A stretch of DNA of 64,000 nt from Acidobacteriota bacterium (GCA_965209055.1 OZ242374.1:2240001-2304000); one strand, 5' to 3'. Counted from the stretch's first letter, positions 10,222-20,415 are shown. Translations and numbers: made by a program. Notes: generated by a model not told the origin, from the sequence alone.

Positions 10222-10238
10222 TTGTGAAAACTTCACAA
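10222..10238. promoter_or_regulatory. Palindromic operator candidate TTGTGAA-AAC-TTCACAA abutting ppk1 start
   Basis: Perfect 7-bp AT-rich inverted repeat in GC-rich context. Confidence 0.5.
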
Positions 10239-12424
10239 TGTCAGCAGTTTCTCAGACGCCGTCCTCGTCCCCGCCCCGCATTGCAGTCAATTCCCCGGAA
10301 GCCTTTCTCAATCGGGAACTGAGCTGGCTGGGCTTCGCCAGCCGCGTGGTCGCCCTGGTGGAGAATCGAAACCTTCCCCTCCTGGAGCGAGTCAAATTCG
10401 CCGGAATCGCCGGGATGCTCCATGATGAGTTCTTCATGAAGCGGATCAGCGGGTTGAAGCGCCAGATCCGAAACCGCTCCAAGAAAACCGCCATCGACGG
10501 CCGCTCGCCGGAAACCGTGTTCCGGACCTGTCAGACCGAACTGCGAACCCAGTCCAGGAGGTTGGGCGAGACGCTTTTGGGGGATCTGGGCCCCGCCATG
10601 GCCGCCGAGGGAGTGGGTGTTGTCGATTACGATCAGTTGCAGGCGTCGCAGAGACGGCACCTGCGGGAATATTTCCAAGATGCGGTGATGCCGATCCTGA
10701 CGCCGCTGGTTGTGGATCCGGCGCACCCCTTCCCCTTCATCAGCAACCTGGGACTGAATCTGGCGATCCTTTTCCCCGGTGACGATGGACGCGAGCGTTT
10801 CGTCCGCATCAAGGTGCCGGACAACCGTCCCCGTTGGGTTCCCCTCCCGGACGGTTCCGGGTTCACGCCCTTGGAGCAGGTCATTGCCGGGAATATCGAC
10901 CTGCTGTACCCGGAGATTCCTCCTCTGGGAATTTACGCCTTTCGCGTGACCAGGGGCAGCTCGGGAGATCCGGATCGGTTCCGGCACCTGTTGGAGGACG
11001 AGTCCCAGGCCCCGGGGAGCATCATTCAGCAGGTGAGCAGCGAACTGAAGGCCAGGCGATTCGCGGGCGCGGTCCGGCTCCAGGTGAATCCGGACATGCC
11101 CGGGGAACTCGCCGATTGGCTGCTCCGGCAGTTGGAGATGGATTCCGATGACCTCTATCCCACGAGGCAACTGCTCAGGCTCAGCGACTTGGCCGATTTC
11201 AATCCGGGCAAACGCGACGACCTCCGATTCCCGCCTCACCGGCCCATGACGCATCCCCGCCTGCGCCGCCTGGAGTTTGGCCGTCCCGCCGCCATCTTCA
11301 ACGAGATCGGCCGTGGCGATATTCTCCTTCACCATCCCTATCACAGCTTCGACTCGTCGGTCCTGAGGTTCATCGAGGCCGCCGCCGTCGACCCGGACGT
11401 CTTGGCCATCAAGCTGACCATCTACCGGACCAGCGGCGATTCCCCCATCGTCAAGGCGCTGGCCGAAGCCGCCCGGAGAGGCAAGCAGGTGGCGGTGCTG
11501 GTAGAGGTCACGGCTCGATTCGACGAGGCTCCCAACATCGCCTGGGGGAAGTACCTGGAGAACGAGGGCGCCCACGTGGCCTACGGCGTGGAGCGGCTCA
11601 AGACCCATGTCAAGCTGGCCCTGGTGCTCCGGGAGGAAGAGCAGGGGAGAATCCGCCGTTACGCCCATGTGGGAACAGGCAACTACCACACGGGAACCGC
11701 GAAAATGTATGAGGATGTGGGGATCCTGACCTCCGATCCGGAGATCTGCCGCGACATCGCGGCGGTCTTCAACGCGCTGACGGGAAAGACGCCGCACACC
11801 GGGTACTCGCAGATGATCGTCGCTCCTGTGGCCATGCGCAAACGATTCAATCAGCTCATCCGCCGTGAAGCCGAACACGCGGCCGCGGGCCGGCCCAGTG
11901 GCATCCACGCCAAGATGAATCAGCTTCAGGACGCGGGAATCATTCGGGAGCTCTACCGGGCCGGCCAGGCCGGGGTGCCCATTACCCTGAACGTTCGCGG
12001 ACTCTGCTGCCTCAGGCCCGGAGTCCCGGGATTGTCCGAGAACATTCGAGTGTTCAGCGTCCTGGGGCGCTTTCTGGAGCACAGCCGGCTCTACCGTTTC
12101 GTCAACGGCGGCGAGCCCGAATACTTCCTGGGTTCCGCGGACTGGATGAAGCGGAACCTGAAGAAACGGGTGGAGACCGTCGTGCCGGTTCGCGACCCGG
12201 ACTTGAAACAGGAACTGGAAGGGATCCTGCGGGTCTACGAGCGGGACAATGCGTCGGCGTGGGACTGCCGGCCGGACGGAACGTACGTGGGCCGGTCGCC
12301 TGAACCTGGGCAGAAGTCGAGAGCGGCCCAGGCAGTCTTCATCGAGAGGGCCGGCGCTAAATCTCAACTCGCCAACCGGGGGTCCAAACGTCGATCGGGC
12401 GGGATGGCGCTTCGGCGAATCTGA
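10238..12424 (+). CDS. ppk1: Polyphosphate kinase 1
   Basis: NRELSWL, DEFFMKR, HPFPFISN, LHHPY, KTH catalytic His, GTGNY, GRFLEHSR, SADWM. Confidence 0.97.
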   Translation: MSAVSQTPSSSPPRIAVNSPEAFLNRELSWLGFASRVVALVENRNLPLLERVKFAGIAGMLHDEFFMKRISGLKRQIRNRSKKTAIDGRSPETVFRTCQTELRTQSRRLGETLLGDLGPAMAAEGVGVVDYDQLQASQRRHLREYFQDAVMPILTPLVVDPAHPFPFISNLGLNLAILFPGDDGRERFVRIKVPDNRPRWVPLPDGSGFTPLEQVIAGNIDLLYPEIPPLGIYAFRVTRGSSGDPDRFRHLLEDESQAPGSIIQQVSSELKARRFAGAVRLQVNPDMPGELADWLLRQLEMDSDDLYPTRQLLRLSDLADFNPGKRDDLRFPPHRPMTHPRLRRLEFGRPAAIFNEIGRGDILLHHPYHSFDSSVLRFIEAAAVDPDVLAIKLTIYRTSGDSPIVKALAEAARRGKQVAVLVEVTARFDEAPNIAWGKYLENEGAHVAYGVERLKTHVKLALVLREEEQGRIRRYAHVGTGNYHTGTAKMYEDVGILTSDPEICRDIAAVFNALTGKTPHTGYSQMIVAPVAMRKRFNQLIRREAEHAAAGRPSGIHAKMNQLQDAGIIRELYRAGQAGVPITLNVRGLCCLRPGVPGLSENIRVFSVLGRFLEHSRLYRFVNGGEPEYFLGSADWMKRNLKKRVETVVPVRDPDLKQELEGILRVYERDNASAWDCRPDGTYVGRSPEPGQKSRAAQAVFIERAGAKSQLANRGSKRRSGGMALRRI

Positions 12425-12558
12425 GAAGCTTCCTCACGAGTGGGCCGCTGCGCCGCGCCTCACTTTCTCTATCTTTCAAAAAGACCGCGGGCTATTCACC
12501 CAAACATACGCCAACTTGAAGTTCCCCTTCGGTCCTCGCTGATAATGTATCGGACAGG

Positions 12559-13788
12559 ATGAATTCACCGCATCGGAGGTCTCGCTCCGGTTCCGGAATG
12601 GGTGCCGGCTCCAAGACCGTGGTGCTGGGCAGATCCGCTCCGGTGCCCGGAATTGCCGTTTTCACCGACACCCTGGACCAGGTGAACGGGGTGTCCAACA
12701 CGTACCAGTACCTTGCGGCCTATTGCCGGCGGCGGAAGATCGACCTGGACTTCTTCACCTACGGTTCCCGGACGTCCCTGGAGAAACAGGGTTCGGTCCG
12801 GATTTTTCGCTACCGGCCCCGGCTCCCCATTCGCTACTACGCCGGGCTGGTCTTCGATCTTTGGACTCCGCGAGGGAACCTCCTAAAGGATTGCCGTGAG
12901 GGAGGATACGGCCTGATCCACGCGGCGACCCCGGGGTCCATGGGCCTCAACGCTCTGGCCGCCGCCAAGAAGCTTCGGCTTCCCCTGGTGGGCGTTTACC
13001 ACACGGCTCTGCCGGAGTACGTCGAAACCCGAAGACGGAGTCTGATGACAAGATTGGGGCTGCCCTCCGATCTCCTGGAGCGGTCCACGCTGGAGGTTTG
13101 CTGGAAGTTCGTCGAGTGGTTCTACCGGCATTGCCAGACGGTCCTGGCTCCATCCAGCAGCATCGCCCGAACCCTGGAACGGAGGATCCGGGTCCCCATG
13201 GATCGCTTCTCCCGCGGCGTCGACGCGCGGAAATTCAGTCCGGAGCATCGCCAGGAGCCCGCCCGGACGACCGTCCTCTACGTGGGTCGGGTGTCGGTGG
13301 AGAAGAACCTTCCGTTACTGGCGCGGATTTTCCGCAGCCGCCGGGACGCCCGCCTCGTGGTGGTGGGGGATGGACCCTTTCGCAGTCGCATGGAGCGGGA
13401 AGCGCCGAACGCGAAGTTCACCGGATTCGTGACGGGACTCGAACTTAGCCGGGCCTACGCGTCGTCGGATCTGTTCGCATTTCCCTCGGAGACGGACACC
13501 TTCGGCAACGTGGTGCTGGAGGCCATGAGTTCGGGCCTGCCCGTCGTCGTCACCGACAAGATGGGTCCCCGGGAGCTGGTCGATCACGGGTCCAACGGAT
13601 TCATCGCATCGAACGATCGGGAGTTCGAGCGCTACCTGGATCGCTTGATCAAGGACAAGGAACTGCGAAGGAGCATGGGGGCCCGGTCCCGGACGATGGC
13701 GCTGGAGCGAACTTGGGACGCGGTCTTCGGATCGCTGTTCGACAGCTATCGGGAAGTCATCCGGGAGTGTCGGGAACCAGTGGCGTAG
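12559..13788 (+). CDS. GT-B glycosyltransferase (GT4 family)
   Basis: VNGVS, YHT, YVGRVSVEKN, FPSETDTFGNVVLEAM. Confidence 0.92.
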   Translation: MNSPHRRSRSGSGMGAGSKTVVLGRSAPVPGIAVFTDTLDQVNGVSNTYQYLAAYCRRRKIDLDFFTYGSRTSLEKQGSVRIFRYRPRLPIRYYAGLVFDLWTPRGNLLKDCREGGYGLIHAATPGSMGLNALAAAKKLRLPLVGVYHTALPEYVETRRRSLMTRLGLPSDLLERSTLEVCWKFVEWFYRHCQTVLAPSSSIARTLERRIRVPMDRFSRGVDARKFSPEHRQEPARTTVLYVGRVSVEKNLPLLARIFRSRRDARLVVVGDGPFRSRMEREAPNAKFTGFVTGLELSRAYASSDLFAFPSETDTFGNVVLEAMSSGLPVVVTDKMGPRELVDHGSNGFIASNDREFERYLDRLIKDKELRRSMGARSRTMALERTWDAVFGSLFDSYREVIRECREPVA

Positions 13789-13811
13789 TCCAGGCCGGAT
13801 CGCTCATCCGG

Positions 13812-15170
13812 CTACACGTCCGAGAGGAGCTCCACCTGCCCGGTGCTGTCGCCGATGCGCTCGGCCGGCACTCCCAACTGGCTCAGGACCGTCATGTAGA
13901 GGTTGGTCAGCGGAGTCCCCTCCTTGAACCGGACGTGGCGGCCTCCCTTGAGCCGGCCCGCGCCTCCTCCGGCCACCAGAATCGGCAGGTTGCGGGGCGT
14001 GTGCAGGTCGCTGTCGCTCATCCCGCTTCCGTAGAGAAGGGTCACCTGGTCCAGCAGCGAGCCATTCCCCTCCGGGGTGGATCGCAGCTTCTGGAGGAAA
14101 TAGGCGAACATCCGCATGTGGAGAATGCTGACCCGAGTCAGTTTCTCCAGCTTCTCCGGATCGTACTGGTGGTGGGACAGGGGGTGGTGCGGGTCCGGGA
14201 CTCCGATCTCGGGATAGGTCCGCTGGCTCAGCTCCCGGCCCATCATGAAGGTGATGACCCGGGTGAGGTCCGACTGGTAGGCCAGGACCTGGAGGTCGAT
14301 CATCAGTTTGGCGTGCTCTTCGAAGCTGCCGGGGATCCCGGCGGGGCGCTCCAGCACCGCTGCCTGCCGGCCGGCCTGGGTTTCCGCGATCTGGATCCTC
14401 CGCTCCACGTCCCGAACCGCGTCCAGGTATTCGACGATCTTGTTGCGGTCGCCGGCGCCGATCCTGGCCTGCAGCCGGGCCGCTTTCCGGGTCACCGAGT
14501 CGAGAATGCTCCGTTTGCTCCGGATCCGGCGGAGCCGCTCGGCCGGGTCGGTGCTCTCCTGGTCGCCGAAGAGGCGTTCGAAGACCGCACGCGGGTTGTT
14601 CTCCGTGGGGAGGGGCGTGGTCGAATTCCGCCAGGAGAGGGTGTTGATGTAGGCGCAACTGTAGCCGACGTCGCAGGCCCCCGACAGGCCGGTCGCCTCC
14701 AGGGCCAGTTCCAATGAAGCCAGTTGGGTATGTTGCCCGTACTGCGCCGCCGCGATCTGGTCGAAGGAGACCCCGGCTTCGACTCCCGCCCCTTCCGTCG
14801 GTTTCACGTGGACGCCGGTCAGGAACGCTCCCCCGATCCGTCCATGTCCACCGGCCGGCTCGCCGGGCAACGATACGGCCGGCTCGTTGCTGAGTCCGGT
14901 CAAGACCAGCAGGCGGTCCCGAAACGGAGTCAGCGGTTGCAGGATCGGCGTCAGTTCGAACTCGGCCCCTCCGGCGGCGGGAGTCCAATTCTCCATCACC
15001 GCCCCGTGAGGCACATAGACCACTCCCAGCCGGTCGGCCGGCGGGTTCGCCGCGGCGCGTCCGGGCGAAAGGGCCGGCGCCATGCTATCCAACAGGGGCA
15101 GTCCGATGGCGGCGCCCAGGCCGCGCAGAAACGTGCGGCGGGGCAGGGAAACCTTGCGGATGATCCTCAT
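13812..15170 (-). CDS. DUF1552 domain protein (Tat-like N-terminus)
   Basis: LPRRTFLRG-G--IGLPLLDSM, CDVGYSCAY, HHPLSHH, GDSTG. Confidence 0.9.
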   Translation of the reverse strand: MRIIRKVSLPRRTFLRGLGAAIGLPLLDSMAPALSPGRAAANPPADRLGVVYVPHGAVMENWTPAAGGAEFELTPILQPLTPFRDRLLVLTGLSNEPAVSLPGEPAGGHGRIGGAFLTGVHVKPTEGAGVEAGVSFDQIAAAQYGQHTQLASLELALEATGLSGACDVGYSCAYINTLSWRNSTTPLPTENNPRAVFERLFGDQESTDPAERLRRIRSKRSILDSVTRKAARLQARIGAGDRNKIVEYLDAVRDVERRIQIAETQAGRQAAVLERPAGIPGSFEEHAKLMIDLQVLAYQSDLTRVITFMMGRELSQRTYPEIGVPDPHHPLSHHQYDPEKLEKLTRVSILHMRMFAYFLQKLRSTPEGNGSLLDQVTLLYGSGMSDSDLHTPRNLPILVAGGGAGRLKGGRHVRFKEGTPLTNLYMTVLSQLGVPAERIGDSTGQVELLSDV

Positions 15171-17557
15171 GGTGCGGACCTTTTCATGCGAAACGGCCGA
15201 CTCTTGACGATGCCCAGGATCAGCGCCGACCAGCGGTAGGCGGACGGCGCCGCTTCCCTCATGATCTCACGGATGGCCGGCATGTCATAGTGTTCGACGC
15301 CGCGGCCCACGGCATAGGTCAGGAGCTTCCCGGTCAGATTCTCGACGAATTCCCGGCGGCGGCTCAGAATCAGGCTTCGGAGGTCGGCCGGGCCGTGGAT
15401 CGTGGTCCCGTCCGGCAGGGTGGCCAGGGAATCGATGGGAACGCCGTCCCGGCTCTGGTCCCGCCAGCGGCCGATGGCATCGAAATTCTCCAGCGCGAAG
15501 CCGAGGGGGTCCATCAAGCGGTGGCAACTGGAGCAGGCCGGATTCCTGGAGTGCTGCTCCATGCGCTGCCGCAGCGAGTCGGGACGCGCCGCCTCGCCAT
15601 GTTCGGGCAGTTCCGGCACGTCGGGCGGCGGCGGGGGCACCTTGGTTCCGAGAACATTCTCCAGCAGCCATTTGCCCCTCAGCACCGGCGAGGTGCGAGT
15701 GGCGTACGAAGTGACGGTCAGGACGCTGCCCTGGCCCAACAGGCCCCGGCGCCGCTCATCGTCCAGGTCCACCCTCCGGAACCGGTTCCCATAGACGTGG
15801 GGGATACCGTAGTGCCGGGCCAGGCGTTCGTTGGCGAAGGTGTAGCCGGCGTCCAGCAACTCGGTCACGCTCCGGTCCCGCACCAACTGGCTCTGTAGAA
15901 ACAGCTCCGTCTCCCGCCGGAGCGCCTCCCGCAGATTGTCGTCCCATTCCGGGTACCGGTTCTCGTCCGGCGTGACGGCCCGGAGATTTCGGAGATGCAG
16001 CCACTGGCTTGCGAAGTTCGTCACCAGAGTCCCGGAGCGGGGGTCGGCCAGCATCCTTTGCACCTGGTCGGCCAGGACTGCGGGATCGCTCAGCTTTCCG
16101 CCAATCGCGGCCTCGAGCAGTTCCTCGTCGGGGGCGCTGCTCCAGAGGAAGAAAGACAAGCGGGAAGCCAGATCCAGGGCGCCGAGGTTGAAGGCGGTTG
16201 ACGGAGCCGCCGTCGGAGGGTCCCGCTCCACCCGGAACAGGAACTCCGGATCGACCAGGATCCTTTCCAGCGCCGACTGGATGCCGGTGTCGAAGTCACC
16301 TCGGCTTCGGCCCTGCCGGTAGAACTCGAGCAAGGGATCGACGTCGCCGTTCGTCACCGGGCGGCGGAAGGCGCGCCGGGCCAGGTTGGCCAGGATCCGC
16401 CGGGCGCAGGCCAGCTCGTCCGATTCTCCCTCCGAGAGGGGACGGCAGATGAAGATTCGCCTGCGGCTGGAAGTGTCGCCTGGGCCTTCGACCCGGAAGG
16501 GGCCGTCGATCCGGACGCTGCGCACTCCCGAATCGGAATAGCCGCCTCGGAGACTGCCCACGGGGAGGCGCGCCGGGCCCAAGCCCTCAGGCGCCGGCGC
16601 TCTCCGGAGGAAGGAAACGCCCACGGTCCGGGTCCCGGCGCCGGCCGGAAACCGGACCGTCAGATCCGGAGCCGCCGGCTGACCGTATGCGGAACGGCTC
16701 CCCTGGCCGTCGAGGCGAATGAGGCGGAGCTGCTTCCCGTCCAATCGAACGTCCAGTTGCCGGGGCCGGCTGGTGCGGCGCCGTTGAAGCGAGATCGTCA
16801 TCGCGTACTCGCCGTCGAGCGGGAAATGATGACGGATCGCCAGTCCCCCTCCGGATCCGAACGGAAGCTCCTCGCTCATGCGGCCCGACTGCACCGCCAG
16901 GGGGGAAGTCGTGTACGTGGCGGCTGCCGGTTGCATCGTGGGGTCGCCGACGGCAAGCCGGCTGATTTTCCGGGCCGCCGACAGGTACCTTTCAAGGAGC
17001 AACGGAGAGAAGGAGAGGGAATCGGCGACATTGTCGAAACCGAACGCCGGATCGTCCGGCGGCAACAGCGACGGGCCGTCGATTTCCAGCGCCAGGAGGT
17101 CCCGAATGGCGTTGGCGTATTGCGTCCGGGTCAGGCGGTAGGACGCCGGCCGGCCCGGGTCCGGATTGGCCTCCGCCGCCTTGTCGAGCGCGGACTCCAG
17201 CCAAGCGCTGAACGCCGAGCGGTCCTCAGCCGGCGGACGCGGCATCCCCTGCGGCGGCATCATCCCGGTTCTCAGCTGGCGAACCACCTTCTCCCAGACC
17301 GGGGCGTCATCACCCACCCGGGACAGATCCAGACTGTCGAGCTCGACTCCCGCGGTCTTGAGTTGCCGGTTGTGACAGCTCGTGCAGTTGCGGTCCAGGA
17401 GCGCCCGGTATGGGCTCAGTGACGGCGGGGCGGAAGCGGGAATTTGCGGTTCGAGTCCGGCTCCGGGACTCTCCAAGACACCCTGGCCTGCCGCGTGGAG
17501 ATGAGGGGCGCCGGCCAGGTAGAGTCCCAAACAAACGGCGATTATCCTGGAATTCAT
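15167..17557 (-). CDS. DUF1592/DUF1588 (PSD/PSCyt) domain cytochrome-c-containing protein
   Basis: CTSCH and CSSCH heme motifs, LASRLSFFLWSSAPD, RTSPVLRGKW; 4-nt overlap with DUF1552. Confidence 0.9.
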   Translation of the reverse strand: MNSRIIAVCLGLYLAGAPHLHAAGQGVLESPGAGLEPQIPASAPPSLSPYRALLDRNCTSCHNRQLKTAGVELDSLDLSRVGDDAPVWEKVVRQLRTGMMPPQGMPRPPAEDRSAFSAWLESALDKAAEANPDPGRPASYRLTRTQYANAIRDLLALEIDGPSLLPPDDPAFGFDNVADSLSFSPLLLERYLSAARKISRLAVGDPTMQPAAATYTTSPLAVQSGRMSEELPFGSGGGLAIRHHFPLDGEYAMTISLQRRRTSRPRQLDVRLDGKQLRLIRLDGQGSRSAYGQPAAPDLTVRFPAGAGTRTVGVSFLRRAPAPEGLGPARLPVGSLRGGYSDSGVRSVRIDGPFRVEGPGDTSSRRRIFICRPLSEGESDELACARRILANLARRAFRRPVTNGDVDPLLEFYRQGRSRGDFDTGIQSALERILVDPEFLFRVERDPPTAAPSTAFNLGALDLASRLSFFLWSSAPDEELLEAAIGGKLSDPAVLADQVQRMLADPRSGTLVTNFASQWLHLRNLRAVTPDENRYPEWDDNLREALRRETELFLQSQLVRDRSVTELLDAGYTFANERLARHYGIPHVYGNRFRRVDLDDERRRGLLGQGSVLTVTSYATRTSPVLRGKWLLENVLGTKVPPPPPDVPELPEHGEAARPDSLRQRMEQHSRNPACSSCHRLMDPLGFALENFDAIGRWRDQSRDGVPIDSLATLPDGTTIHGPADLRSLILSRRREFVENLTGKLLTYAVGRGVEHYDMPAIREIMREAAPSAYRWSALILGIVKSRPFRMKRSAP

Positions 17558-17638
17558 GAATTCGCGACCGGCTCTTTTCGAAGTATTATGGCGACGGCCC
17601 GCGATGGCCCGCAAGCGCATCGCAAGGGTCCGGCTGAG

Positions 17639-19165
17639 ATGAAAATCCGACCCATCAGAAACCGTGGCTCCCGCCTCCCCGGGCTGCCTGTCGGGCCGGC
17701 GTTCCGTTCCCTCGGTCTTGTCGTCCCGGCGTGCCTGGTGTTGTTGCTCCAGATACCGCTGGCCGCCGCCGGCCGGAGTTCCCCGAATCGTCTGGTGGAG
17801 GCCGCCAAGTCAGGGAATGGCGAGGCTTTGCGATCCCTGCTGGCCGCACGTGCGGACGTGAACCAGCGCCAGGCCGACGGCGCCACGGCACTGCACTGGG
17901 CGGCCCACCGGGACGATCTTGACAACGCGGTCCTGCTGATCGAGTCCGGAGCGGACGTGAAGGCTTCCAACGATCTTGGAGTCCAACCCCTCTGGCTGGC
18001 CTGCATCAACGGGAGCGCCCCCATGGTCAGGGTCCTGCTTGGAGCCGGAGCCGATGCCGACGCCGCTCCCGCCGGCGGCGAGACACCTCTCATGCATGCG
18101 GCCCGAAGCGGTTCGGAGGACGCGGTCAAGCTCCTGCTGCTGCACGGCGCACAGGTGAACGCCAAGACTCCCGGGGAAGAGCAGACGGCGCTGATGTGGG
18201 CGCTTGCGGAGAAACATGCGGAAGTCTCCCGCACTCTGATCGAGCATGGCGCAGAGGTTTCCGCACGTTCCAGGTTCGGCTTCACGCCTCTGCTATTTGC
18301 CGCCCGCGCCGGAGATCTCGACGGCGCACAAGCCTTGTTGGCGGCGGGAGTGGACCCGAATGAGACGGCTTCCGGCGGTGAAAGCGCACTGGTGGTGGCG
18401 ACCGTCCGCGGCCACGTGCCTTTTGCCCTCTGGCTTCTTGAACATGGAGCGGACCCGAACGCCGCCGGCTCGGGCTACACGGCTCTGCATTGGGCCGCCG
18501 GCACCTGGGAGACGGAGATGACCGGCCGCAAGGGGATCGTGGCGCGTCCCGAACACGAGTGGGGCGCCATGCGAGGCCTGCAGGAGGACAAGCTGGAACT
18601 GATTCAGGCGCTGTTGGCGCGTGGAGCCGACCCCGACGCGCGGCTCGTGAAGCATCCCCCGCGGTTCGGCTACACCGCCGACCGGCAACGGCCGGCGGGG
18701 GCGACCCCCTTCCTGCTGGCGGCCATGGCGGGAGACGCCGGTGTCATGGAGGTTCTGGCGAAGGCGGGGGCTTCGCCGCGTCTGGCGACTGACGACGGGA
18801 CGACGCTCCTGATGGCGGCGGCGGGCGTGGGTCGAAACCTGACCGAGAGCCGGGTGACGGAAGAACAATCACTGCGCGCGGTCCGGCTCGCCTTGAAGCT
18901 CGGAGCGGAAGTGAATGCCGCCAACCAGGCCGGGGACACGGCTCTGCACGGCGCCGCCCGCATCAAGTCCCCCGCTCTGGTGCAACTGCTGGTTGACCGC
19001 GGCGCCGAGGTCAACGTGAGCAACCGGGAGGGACTCACGCCGCTGTTCGTGGCCCGGCACTACTTTCATCCCGGTTCTCCGCCGCTTCCGGTCCAAAGTG
19101 AGGCCGCGGATCTGCTGCGCCGGCTGGGCGCCCGGGAGACTCTCTCAGAGGGAGTTCGGGACTGA
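17639..19165 (+). CDS. Secreted ankyrin-repeat protein
   Basis: Many G-T[AP]LH-AA repeats; signal-peptide-like hydrophobic stretch. Confidence 0.92.
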   Translation: MKIRPIRNRGSRLPGLPVGPAFRSLGLVVPACLVLLLQIPLAAAGRSSPNRLVEAAKSGNGEALRSLLAARADVNQRQADGATALHWAAHRDDLDNAVLLIESGADVKASNDLGVQPLWLACINGSAPMVRVLLGAGADADAAPAGGETPLMHAARSGSEDAVKLLLLHGAQVNAKTPGEEQTALMWALAEKHAEVSRTLIEHGAEVSARSRFGFTPLLFAARAGDLDGAQALLAAGVDPNETASGGESALVVATVRGHVPFALWLLEHGADPNAAGSGYTALHWAAGTWETEMTGRKGIVARPEHEWGAMRGLQEDKLELIQALLARGADPDARLVKHPPRFGYTADRQRPAGATPFLLAAMAGDAGVMEVLAKAGASPRLATDDGTTLLMAAAGVGRNLTESRVTEEQSLRAVRLALKLGAEVNAANQAGDTALHGAARIKSPALVQLLVDRGAEVNVSNREGLTPLFVARHYFHPGSPPLPVQSEAADLLRRLGARETLSEGVRD

Positions 19166-19872
19166 ACCTGACCCACCCGGACCGACCTTCATCCATGCCC
19201 CCGGTCAATCAATGAGTCCAGGTCTTGACCTGCCCGTGGAGAAGCTCCGCAATGGTTTTCAGGCCGACCTCCATGCCGCGGTCCCGTAACCAAACCGTTG
19301 GTGCCGGGCCGCGCTTGCGCCAGGCGAGGTGAGGCTTGTAGAGGACAGAGATGTCCCGAGCCGTCCGGATCCAAATCGTCTCGTTGTTGTGGCTGGACTA
19401 ATCTCCGTCTGGTTTCTTCGGAGCCGGGGGGGAACAGGCGGTGCGGCGCATCATTTCACTATTTTCTCACCCGATCCGCCAAAACTTTAACGTCAGATTC
19501 ATTCTGGCTCTGTATCGTTATGGGAGGTGACCTATGGACGCCAACTATGGATGGTGAGGGGACTATGGCAGCTCGCCGGAGGCGGACAAAAGCATCAGGT
19601 TGAGTCCATGGACGACTGAGAATGCGTGAAGTGAACGCCAGGAGGAGGCACTGGGCCAAGCGTTCACAGCACAGGGGAACAAGAGAAGGGTCCGGATATT
19701 CCCATATAGCCGATTTTTACTTCGTGGACCGTGTAACCGACTGAAGTCCCAGAGAATGACAAGGGCCATCCGTCCGGCGCGCGGGTTGTCCCCAGCGGGG
19801 CAGGCCGACTCTGGTGGTCCCTGGCCTATATGGGATTCAGCCGGTCTTGATCATCGCCCGCTCGAACCTGCC

Positions 19873-20415
19873 ATGTGGAGAAGGAAGAAGGCTCCGGAAC
19901 CCTCGATCCCTTCCCTGGACTCCCGTCCTGCAGATCCGGTCCAGACCCATCCCACCGGCGAATCTGCACAGCAAGCCGTCATCGGGGAAGCGCTCGTCCT
20001 GAAGGGGGAGGTCAGCGGCACTCAGGACTTGACGATCCACGGCCGGCTCGAAGGCGGGCTGTCGCTTTCGGGTCACTCCGTCACGGTGGGCCGGGCTGGG
20101 CGGGTCCAAGGCGATATCGTGGCCCGGGTGATTCGGATCGAGGGTCACGTCAAAGGCAACCTTCAAGGAGAAGACCTGGTCTTTCTGGGTCCCTCCGGCG
20201 TGGTCCACGGTGACCTCACCGCGGTCCGGGTCAGTATGGAAAAAGGATGCAAGTTCAAAGGCCATGTCCAGGTCGCTCTCGAAGAACGTCCGGCGAGAGA
20301 ACTTTCCGAACCCCAGATTGTCTCCCCTGTGCCCGGTGAGGAGGACCCCGGCGAAGTCACCCCGCGGAGACGGCGTTTCCGGCGGGAGCCGGGGATTCCC
20401 CGAAGTAGGGGATAG
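19873..20415 (+). CDS. Bactofilin (polymer-forming cytoskeletal protein)
   Basis: MW-basic N-terminus, VIG--L-LKGEVSG-DLTI-G-EG beta-helix repeats. Confidence 0.88.
   Translation: MWRRKKAPEPSIPSLDSRPADPVQTHPTGESAQQAVIGEALVLKGEVSGTQDLTIHGRLEGGLSLSGHSVTVGRAGRVQGDIVARVIRIEGHVKGNLQGEDLVFLGPSGVVHGDLTAVRVSMEKGCKFKGHVQVALEERPARELSEPQIVSPVPGEEDPGEVTPRRRRFRREPGIPRSRG

Noticed and set aside
19500-19750. Retron msr-msd, tmRNA or 16S 3'-end fragment
   Set aside because: No reverse transcriptase nearby, no tRNA-like ends or tag peptide; GGAGGTGA is better explained as an SD
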